DNA from: Chthoniobacterales bacterium
GTDB lineage: Bacteria > Verrucomicrobiota > Verrucomicrobiia > Chthoniobacterales > UBA10450
Length of the DNA: 64,000 nt
NCBI GenBank assembly: GCA_038232335.1
Contig: JBBSIA010000019.1
Location: 3,131-67,130 of the forward strand
Direction of reading: 5' to 3'
Both the position numbers and the translations under genes were made by a program. Shown here one piece after another: positions 55,829 to 62,956 of this stretch; positions within the stretch are counted from its first letter, which is position 1; each line of letters opens with the position of its first letter. The notes under the pieces are model-generated. The model had not been told where the DNA came from, did not search any database, and worked only from the letters and a program-made list of their open reading frames with translations.

Positions 55829-56452
55829 ATGCAGCGAATTTTCCTCCTTTCGCCCGCATACGCGGGAGGTTTGCGCGCGCGCTTAGTCCTGAGTGAGAAA
55901 GCTCAGTTCGATGTTGCGCTGCGACTTCGCGGGAAGAACGGCGCAACCATCGGGGAAGTGTTCACTTTCCTAAGCGGGCTGTATTTTCGCGGAAAACTTG
56001 CCTACGCGAACGAGTTCGCCCGGCCTACCCGCGGCACCTCGGGCGTGCTGGTCATCACGCCGACGCGTGGTTTGATTGAGGCGAAGACGCGCATCAACCT
56101 CCAAGATTTGCGGGAATTCGCGGAAGTCGACATCGACGAGGGCGATCCACGTTACCGAGAGCCCCTCGAACGAGACGCACGACAGCTCGAGGCGCGGTTG
56201 AAAAGGGGAGCGGCGGAGGTCGTGCTCCTCGGAAGCGTGGCGAGCGGCAAATACGTCGGTGTGCTGCTGGAGATTTTCGGCCAGCGTTTGCAATTTCCCG
56301 GCGATTTCGTGGGACGCGGCGATATGAGTCGTGGCGGCCTGCTGCTCCGGTGCGCGGCTGATGGCTGTGAGCTCCCATACGTTCCTGTGGAAGGTGCGGT
56401 GCGAAAAGGGAAACGACCGCCGAAGCTGGAGCCGCGAAGATACGCAAAGTGA
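55829..56452 (+). CDS. Conserved hypothetical protein (alternating beta-alpha, Rossmann-like pattern)
   Basis: MQRIFLLSPAYAGGLRARLVL, FLSGLYFRGKLAYA, GVLVITPTRGL, EVVLLGSVASGKYVGVL and FVGRGDMSRGGLLLR. I believe I have seen homologues annotated only as hypothetical. No named family recalled. Confidence 0.6.
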   Translation: MQRIFLLSPAYAGGLRARLVLSEKAQFDVALRLRGKNGATIGEVFTFLSGLYFRGKLAYANEFARPTRGTSGVLVITPTRGLIEAKTRINLQDLREFAEVDIDEGDPRYREPLERDARQLEARLKRGAAEVVLLGSVASGKYVGVLLEIFGQRLQFPGDFVGRGDMSRGGLLLRCAADGCELPYVPVEGAVRKGKRPPKLEPRRYAK

Positions 56453-56530
56453 AACGATCCTGCCTTTTAGCCAGGAACTGAGCCTTGGCGCCAGCGCCCC
56501 GGCTCTCGTTCATACAATTCGCCACCCGGA

Positions 56531-57315
56531 TCACGCCGGAAAAACTCGGTGGGGTTTCTCGATCCGATCGATTGCTTTCTGCAATCGCCGGCTGTGCAAT
56601 GGCTGCGGTTCGGGTTTCTGCGCTCGCATTCTCAAATTCAACATCTCCACGAAAACCGCGAAGCCCATCGAGAAGTAGGTATATCCCTTCGGAATGTGAA
56701 AGCCGGCGCCTTCCGCGATTAAATTGACGCCGATCAGAAGGAGGAAACTAAGCGCGAGCATCTTGATCGTGGGATGGCGCTCGACGAAGTCGCTAATGTG
56801 CCGGCAAAAATCATCATCACCGCCACGGCCAGAATGACGGCGATGATCATGACGGTGATTTCGTCAACCATGCCCACTGCGGTAATTACTGAATCAAGTG
56901 AAAACACGACATCGAGAAGGACGATCTGCAGGAGCACGGCAGCGAGGGACGGAGCGGCGGACCTGTTCTCGTGTTCCTCCTCGCCTTCCAGTCTGTCGTG
57001 AATCTCATGGGTGCTCTTCACGAGCAAAAATAATCCGCCTCCGATTAGAATCAGTGCCCTCCCGGTAACGTCGAACCCGCCCAGGGCAAAAAGTGGCCGC
57101 GTCAGTCCGATGATCCAGGAAAGCGAAAGTAGCAGCAGAATGCGCATCAACATCGCGAGTCCGAGGCCAATGGTCCGCGCCCGCTTCTGTTTCGCGGCAG
57201 GCAGCTTTCCCGAGAGGATTGAGATGAAGACGATATTGTCGATGCCGAGAACAATCTCGAGGATTGTCAGGGTCAACAGTCCGATGCAGGCATTCGGGTC
57301 AGCCAGCCATTCCAT
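56531..57315 (-). pseudogene. Frameshifted TerC-family membrane protein
   Basis: The upstream ORF (57315..56734) reads ...[14 protein letters not shown]. The -1 frame reads [57 protein letters not shown], which is the expected TerC continuation. The indel lies at about 56798-56803. Confidence 0.75.
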
Positions 57316-57360
57316 GCGGGTAAACTACTCGTTTGCTTAAAACTCATCACATAAATGCAA

Positions 57361-57497
57361 GCTGTCATCCGAGCCCCGAATGCTTTCGACGAGGGACTTC
57401 GTGGCATAGTCTGGGGGTCCGCCACGGGATTGAAAAAGCCGGCCTCGACGGCTGCGTCGGCTAGGCCACGGCATGGGCTGCGCTTAGAATGGCAGCG
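57361..57497. repeat. REP-like palindromic intergenic element (family 1, reverse orientation)
   Basis: GCTGTCATCCGAGCCCCGAATGCTTTCGACGAGGGACTTCGTG...CGGGATTGAAAAAGCCGG...GGGCTGCGCTTAGAATGGCAGC. Confidence 0.6.
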
Positions 57498-57760
57498 CTA
57501 TTATCAAATGTCTTTAACAGGATCGGCATGAGCGGCGATATCCAAAGCGCGAGTCGCAGAAAATCGTGCTGTTTTCGCGTCCAGTCCCGATTCTGCTTCA
57601 TAGATCAGCCGAGCACGAAGCCCTTACTACACAAGATGTTAAAGGTTGCACCGGGATAATGTTTCACGTTAAACTTCTCCGCGTGACGCCTAACGTCTGG
57701 CTCAGGATAAGCTCTAAGCACGTGCTCTAGCACATTTTGAAGGACATCGAAGTGCGCCAT
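57461..57760 (-). pseudogene. Small ORF interrupted by an in-frame TGA (possible wHTH, DUF2513-like)
   Basis: Own translation: MAHFDVLQNVLEHVLRAYPEPDVRRHAEKFNVKHYPGATFNILCSKGFVLG * S MKQNRDWTRKQHDFLRLALWISPLMPILLKTFDNSAAILSAAHAVA. Both halves are in the same frame and each is under 60 aa. The 3' end runs into the REP element. Weak. Confidence 0.25.
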
Positions 57761-57868
57761 CTACCCTTGTATAGAGACAGGCGGAATAACCTGGACTGCT
57801 TTTGCCGGGAGAAAAGTTTTACAACCAAAGCCCGTGCGCTGAACCAGGTACGGTGTCTATAACACATT

Positions 57869-58714
57869 ATGCGAGCGATTTGGAAAGGCAGCATTAGTTT
57901 CGGTTTGGTTTACATTCCAGTGGCGGTGTATCCCGCGACGCGGGAGGAGACGCTCAGTTTTCGCCAGCTTCGCGCGAAAGATCTCAGCCCGATCCGCTAC
58001 AAAAAAGTCGCGGACGCTGATTCGAAAGAAGTCCCATCGAACGAGATCGTCAAAGGTTTCGAGTACGAGAAAGGACGATTTGTCGTTCTGAGCGATGAGG
58101 ACTTCGAGAAGGTGAAGATTGAATCGACGCACTCGGTGGACATTACTGATTTTGTCGATCTCGCGGACGTCGACCCGAAGTTCTTCTATAAGCCGTATTT
58201 CCTCGAGCCTCAGAAAGGCGGCGAGAAAGCTTACGGTTTACTGCACAAGGCATTGACGCGCACCGGCAAAATTGGGATCGCGAAGGTCGCCATCAGAAGC
58301 CGGGAATATCTCGCCGCTGTGAAACCAGACGGTCTCTTTCTGATTCTGGAGCTGATGCACTTTGCACAGGAAATCCTTAGCGCGGACCAGTTGACGAACC
58401 AGCCGGTGAAGGAACTAACCGACAAAGAAATTCAGATGGCCGAGGCTCTGATCGAGAGCATGGCAGTGGCGTGGGAGCCCGAGAAATATCAGGACGAATA
58501 CCGCACCGCAGTCATGGAGATGATCGAGCAGAAGGCGCAGAACAAAGAAATCGCCGCACGCTCCGAGGGACCGCGACCGCCTACTAATGTGGTCGACCTG
58601 GTGAAGGTGCTCCAGGAAAGCTTGAATCGGACCCAGAGTTCGCGGCCCAAGCGCGTGGCAAAGGGCCGTCCGACAGGCGCTCTGGTAAAACAGAAGCGAC
58701 GCGCGGCAGCGTGA
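57869..58714 (+). CDS. ku: Ku DNA end-binding protein
   Basis: MRAIWKGSISFGLVYIPVAVYPATRE, IRYKKV..., FEYEKGRFVVLSDEDF and a basic C-terminal tail identify it. Confidence 0.92.
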   Translation: MRAIWKGSISFGLVYIPVAVYPATREETLSFRQLRAKDLSPIRYKKVADADSKEVPSNEIVKGFEYEKGRFVVLSDEDFEKVKIESTHSVDITDFVDLADVDPKFFYKPYFLEPQKGGEKAYGLLHKALTRTGKIGIAKVAIRSREYLAAVKPDGLFLILELMHFAQEILSADQLTNQPVKELTDKEIQMAEALIESMAVAWEPEKYQDEYRTAVMEMIEQKAQNKEIAARSEGPRPPTNVVDLVKVLQESLNRTQSSRPKRVAKGRPTGALVKQKRRAAA

Positions 58715-59004
58715 TAGGCGTCAACGCCTAATAGCATTTGACTGACTCGGAGTGCTGTTACGCTGCCGGATCGCTAAGTTCGACCGGCAGACTCGCTGAA
58801 CCTGGATCGGGCCCCACGAGTTGTCCTAACATTCCCCAAATCATTACGAGATGTCGCGAGGGGTGCTCGAAGGGGAAGCAAAAGTGCCGTCGAGGCATTC
58901 GGACTGCTCAGGCTCCCTGGCACAAAACTTGGGAGTTCCGGGAGTCGGCTATGATAAATGCAGAAATTTATGATTTAGGTACGAAAATTCCTACCTAATG
59001 GCGC

Positions 59005-59448
59005 GTGCGAGTTCTAATTGCTGATGATGAGGTCGGCTTCGCGGCGACGCTCGCTGCCTTGGTCCGCACTTGTGGACATGAAGTCGTCGATGTCGTGCAT
59101 TGCGGTCTCGCCGCAATCCAATCATATCAGCGCAACCCTCCCGACGTGGTCTTAATGGATTACAAGATGGCGAGGCTGAACGGGCTAACTGCCTCTCGAA
59201 ATATCCTCAGCATCGATCCAGCAGGCAAAATCGTGTTCTTATCGGGTGGGGATTACGCTGAAGATTTAGCGCCCGCTTTTCCAGATGCCGTGGCGTTCTT
59301 GCAAAAGCCGCTCAAAGTTGAGGACCTTGAACGGGTATTGGCGGAGTTACTCAAATCCGGTCAAAAAGAGCGAGCCGAGGCCTCGAGTTCGCCACTCATA
59401 AAGGAAAAACAGAACGGGGTGAGAGTCTCGGAACATGCCTCTTCATGA
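59005..59448 (+). CDS. Stand-alone response-regulator receiver (CheY-like)
   Basis: VRVLIADDEVGFAATLAALV...PDVVLMDYKMARLNGLTA...FLSGGDY...FLQKPLKVEDL fits a receiver domain. It has a GTG start. Confidence 0.8.
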   Translation: MRVLIADDEVGFAATLAALVRTCGHEVVDVVHCGLAAIQSYQRNPPDVVLMDYKMARLNGLTASRNILSIDPAGKIVFLSGGDYAEDLAPAFPDAVAFLQKPLKVEDLERVLAELLKSGQKERAEASSSPLIKEKQNGVRVSEHASS

Positions 59449-59954
59449 ACGGGTTTGTATTCACCTCTCCCCGAAAGCTCCTCACGAGGTGGGCGATCCG
59501 AATCGCGGGGAAAATCGCTAAAAATACTTACGCCCGCAAGCGGGGAATTCTGCCCGCGTATGAGGTCGATCGGCTCCGAGTTTACGGGTCTGCCCCCTTT
59601 ACAGCTGCCGTTATCGAAGGGCTCTCGCAGCTCAAGCGCCTCTATCCCTATGGGTATTCACTGGTTCAGCGTTACGTTGATGCGGTCGTTCAAAACGACA
59701 GTCACCCTGGGATCGATTTTAATGGTGTCATTTACCGGCAGTGGAAACCCGGAGGTAAATTGCCTTTCGCTCCAAACCGTCTCGCAGCGGACTTGGTTGG
59801 CGAAGCGGTGGGATTGCGTCGACTGCTGGGCTTTTCGATCTGGCGACCGCGCTCGAGACCCAGCTCTGTTCGAGAATTGCACGCTATGAAACTCCTCGGA
59901 TGTGAATCTCACGCCTCTGATCGACGGAATTCGCTGCCGGATCGGAAAGGCTGA
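59445..59954 (+). CDS. Hypothetical protein, translationally coupled to the receiver gene
   Basis: The 169-aa ORF starts in an ATGA overlap with the REC stop. No family recognised (…RLRVYGSAPFTAAVIEGLSQLKRLYPYGYSLVQRYVDAVVQNDSHPGIDFNGVIYRQW…). Confidence 0.5.
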   Translation: MNGFVFTSPRKLLTRWAIRIAGKIAKNTYARKRGILPAYEVDRLRVYGSAPFTAAVIEGLSQLKRLYPYGYSLVQRYVDAVVQNDSHPGIDFNGVIYRQWKPGGKLPFAPNRLAADLVGEAVGLRRLLGFSIWRPRSRPSSVRELHAMKLLGCESHASDRRNSLPDRKG

Positions 59955-60166
59955 AGTTGCTGCTGATGAAATGCGCTATTGGCTCACCGCATAGCCTTGT
60001 GCACAGTTGCTAGGCCGAGTTATAGACGACTGAAGCTGCTAAGATAGCGATCCGATTTTCGAAAACGCCAGACTGCTGACCGCGCACACCGGTAGATGTA
60101 TGTATTGCGTGTCCGGTCATTTCACGATACGCGAAGGCGAGTAAAGTGGGAATAACCGGTGCGCGC

Positions 60167-60712
60167 ATGTCGACGATGAAGATGGCAGCAATGGTTCTGG
60201 TGCTCGCAACCGTCCTATTTAGCGGATGTCAGAAAACGCCTCCGCCCCCGCCTGTCGTAAAGGGGATGTCGACGCCCCCGGCTATCGTGAAGCACACGCC
60301 ATCACCCAGTCCCGCAGCTAGCGTCAGGGGTTTGCCCCCCCCGGCGTCGCCCGCCTCTCCCAGACGGGTCGCGGTCCGGCAGCTCGCTCCAGAGGGAGTT
60401 TTCTACCTCCTCGAGCGAATCGCGATCACCAATGATTCCGGTGTTATCGGTGAGCTTCCCGGAACCAAGGTCACCCTCGTAACGGGCGGTGAGACTAAAA
60501 TGCAGGTAACCGACGGGGAACGTACTTTCGAGGTGACACCGGCCCAGGTAACGAACGATCTTGGACTCGCTGCTTCTGCTCGTAAGTCAGACGAGACATC
60601 GCAAGCCGCGGCTGCGAGTGCCGCCTCTAAAGAAATCGACGAAGCCGCACGCAAGCGGCAGATGGAGTTCATCCGGAGCGCCGAGCCCGGCAAGCGCCCG
60701 AAGCGTCCTTAG
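60167..60712 (+). CDS. Hypothetical lipoprotein with Pro-rich linker
   Basis: MSTMKMAAMVLVLATVLFSGC contains the lipobox. A PPPPP/SPSP linker, a ~60-aa beta-rich segment and a charged helical tail follow. Confidence 0.6.
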   Translation: MSTMKMAAMVLVLATVLFSGCQKTPPPPPVVKGMSTPPAIVKHTPSPSPAASVRGLPPPASPASPRRVAVRQLAPEGVFYLLERIAITNDSGVIGELPGTKVTLVTGGETKMQVTDGERTFEVTPAQVTNDLGLAASARKSDETSQAAAASAASKEIDEAARKRQMEFIRSAEPGKRPKRP

Positions 60713-61099
60713 GATTTGATTTCTCTTGTAGTGGCAGGCATATGCCTGGGGGTTTGCGGTCGCAGCGGCGTTGTTGCTATCGAGCGGATGCTTAACGATA
60801 ACACCGTCGTTTTCGCGTCCCTTGGTGGCGTCACTAACCCGCGCCGTCGGCGATGTGGCGCTTCCTTGAGAGTTTGACCACATCATCATCCACAGTTGGC
60901 GCGATCCCCGTCGCCACCCCCGACGATCGTCGCTCGAGTATCTTCCAACGTTATGTGCGACGCACCTGCCGTCGAAAAAAATGGTTCGCGCGATCTCCAG
61001 CTTCTGTCGTTTAGTTGTCCTACTGACGAAAATCTTCGGTGAAAGATCGGAGCGCATATCGAGGAGGATCGAGGAATGCTTGTTTTCCCATGTCTCGGA

Positions 61100-62020
61100 T
61101 CACTGAAGCGTCGGATCGATTTCATCCGGTCGGTAGGCGCCCGCCGGGGTGAGCTTCCCGATATATGGCGCCCATTCGCTGCGTAAGGAGACATACATCT
61201 CCGCCCCAGCGTTAGAGTCTTCGATCGTCTCGATCCCAGCATCGCGAAGACGCTGCACACTCGCGAAGTAATGCTGCCTCCACTTGAGCCGAATCTCCGC
61301 TACGGGCGCCCCCGGTATCTCGCGGACTCCGCCCGGCAAGAATGCATCCTCAAGAATTTTGACCAGGAGCAGTAAGACATCGCCCAGCTGCGAGACCGCC
61401 GCCGTGGTTTTCAACCAGCCGTAGCGCTCGTCATCTAACGCGCTTTTGATCAGCGCACCGTACGAGCGCCAGCCGCGCACTTCGTGAGACAGAATAGAAC
61501 GGCTCCCGGAATCGGAAATAAAAGAGCACCGGATAAAAGTGATGCGACTCTTTACCCCCGTCATCTCAGACGCGATCTCATAATCGTGTAGCCGCTCTCG
61601 AATTGCCCCCGCGGTCCGAGGCCGGCGACCAATTCGGCAGCGTCGCCCGTTTGTCGACTCAGGACCTGAAGCTTCAGGCCGAGAGTATTCCGCTGTCGCA
61701 ACGCCGTATAGACCTGCAACAGGTAGGTCACCGTCAGGGAGACGATAGTTGGTGCCGATCAGCGAGTTGATCAGAAAGAACAGCCGGAAGCCCGCCGTTT
61801 TCGGAGCGATATCGCTCGTGGTGATGATGGACACGCTGCTGCCGCCGACATACAGCGCCGTCACGAAGTCGGTTGGCGTCGGTCCCGCGCGCGACACGGT
61901 CGCTGATAATCCCGGTGCCGATCCGCGCGTAAAGGACCTTAGAAACACGTCGGCAAGGACGGTGATAATTAGCATTGCTCCGGCGAGCTGCTCGATGAGT
62001 TGGAGAAAATCAGATTTCAT
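61100..62020 (-). CDS. Potassium-channel-family-like membrane protein with degenerate pore; probably disrupted (see findings)
   Basis: LADVFLRSFTRG... and TDFVTALYVGGSSVSIITTSDIAPKTAGFRLFFLINSLIGT align to the pore-helix and filter region of two-TM channel proteins. The filter reads TTSDIAP instead of T-x-G-Y/F-G-D. The C-terminal domain resembles that of actinobacterial-type channel-family proteins. Confidence 0.5.
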   Translation of the reverse strand: MKSDFLQLIEQLAGAMLIITVLADVFLRSFTRGSAPGLSATVSRAGPTPTDFVTALYVGGSSVSIITTSDIAPKTAGFRLFFLINSLIGTNYRLPDGDLPVAGLYGVATAEYSRPEASGPESTNGRRCRIGRRPRTAGAIRERLHDYEIASEMTGVKSRITFIRCSFISDSGSRSILSHEVRGWRSYGALIKSALDDERYGWLKTTAAVSQLGDVLLLLVKILEDAFLPGGVREIPGAPVAEIRLKWRQHYFASVQRLRDAGIETIEDSNAGAEMYVSLRSEWAPYIGKLTPAGAYRPDEIDPTLQ

Positions 62021-62260
62021 CGAGACAATGCAGACACGTTAAAGTGGCGTCCGAAGAATCGGCAGATCCTTCGTGCGAATGGTTTGCGCCACCGGGAAAT
62101 TGGGAAACGCTCCGCGCGGATTTCATCGCAACGGTGATGAGGTAATCCAACAATTGACCTGACTAAACGAAGATCGGCGCCTGCTTAACGCGAGATATCG
62201 CTGCGCCGATTTCTTGCATGGCTTCGATGACCAGCGGATTCAGCGTCCGGCTTCGATTTA

Positions 62261-62956
62261 TCAAGTCTTGCTTTTCAACGCAGACTTCGCGGCACGGGTG
62301 ACGAACACTGTGACCACAACCGTAGCTAACAGACCAAACGCAAGGAAGGCGTATTCTAGCGGGCTGCGGTGTGTGCCGCCTTTGCTGGCTTCGAGCCCAA
62401 TCTTCCCGACAGTGCCGAGATACACGTAGAGGAGCGTGCCGGGCAGCATCCCGACAAAGCTTGCGATCACATAAGGAACAAAGGCAATCGCGGTAAGTCC
62501 GTAAAGGTAGTTGCTAAGATTGAATGGGATTAAAGGACTTAGGCGCAATAGGCCCACCATCTTCCAACCCTGCTTGCCAATGGCAGCATCGATTTGATTA
62601 AACTTCTTGTTCTTCCCGAATCGTTTCGAAATGGAATCGCGTGCAACATATCGCGAGAGGAGAAAGGCGAGGCTCGCGCCAATCGTAGCGCCACAAATAG
62701 CAGCGAAGGTCCCCCACAGTAATCCGAACGCAATCCCGGCACCGACGGTGAAAATCCACCCGGGTAGAAATAACACAGTCGCGACCGCATAGACGCCCAT
62801 GTAGAGAATGATTCCAAGCGGACCGAGGCCCTTGATCCAGTCAGTGAAATGTCTGAGCCAGGTGGTCACGGGCAAAAACTTGACGGCAATGATGAGGACG
62901 ACCACGGCGACCGCGACTCCGATCCATTTCCACGGCCACTTCTTTGTCGCACTCAT
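62261..62956 (-). CDS. TVP38/TMEM64 (DedA-related) membrane protein
   Basis: LFLPGWIFTVGAGIAFGLLWGTFAAICGATIGASLAFLLSRYVAR and LRLSPLIPFNLSNYLYGLT fit the family. Confidence 0.88.
   Translation of the reverse strand: MSATKKWPWKWIGVAVAVVVLIIAVKFLPVTTWLRHFTDWIKGLGPLGIILYMGVYAVATVLFLPGWIFTVGAGIAFGLLWGTFAAICGATIGASLAFLLSRYVARDSISKRFGKNKKFNQIDAAIGKQGWKMVGLLRLSPLIPFNLSNYLYGLTAIAFVPYVIASFVGMLPGTLLYVYLGTVGKIGLEASKGGTHRSPLEYAFLAFGLLATVVVTVFVTRAAKSALKSKT

Noticed and set aside
58917-58933. Sigma-54-like promoter TGGCACaaaacTTGG about 70 nt upstream of the receiver gene, considered because an NtrC-family activator is in the window.
   Set aside because: The -12 element reads TTGG rather than TTGC, so the conserved GC dinucleotide is lost. 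A single near-match in 64 kb is expected by chance.
58738-58998. 86-aa Cys-rich ORF between ku and the receiver gene.
   Set aside because: Non-ATG start, no family features, and it sits in what is more plausibly the promoter region of the REC operon.
62163-62288. Short minus-strand frame ...RSRTLNPLVIEAMQEIGAAISRVKQAPIFV* resembling the NP.A...M.E.GIDIS segment of LMW-phosphatase/ArsC proteins.
   Set aside because: Only about 25 residues of similarity. It overlaps the TVP38 3' end in another frame and has no start. It may be a gene fossil but is too weak to report.
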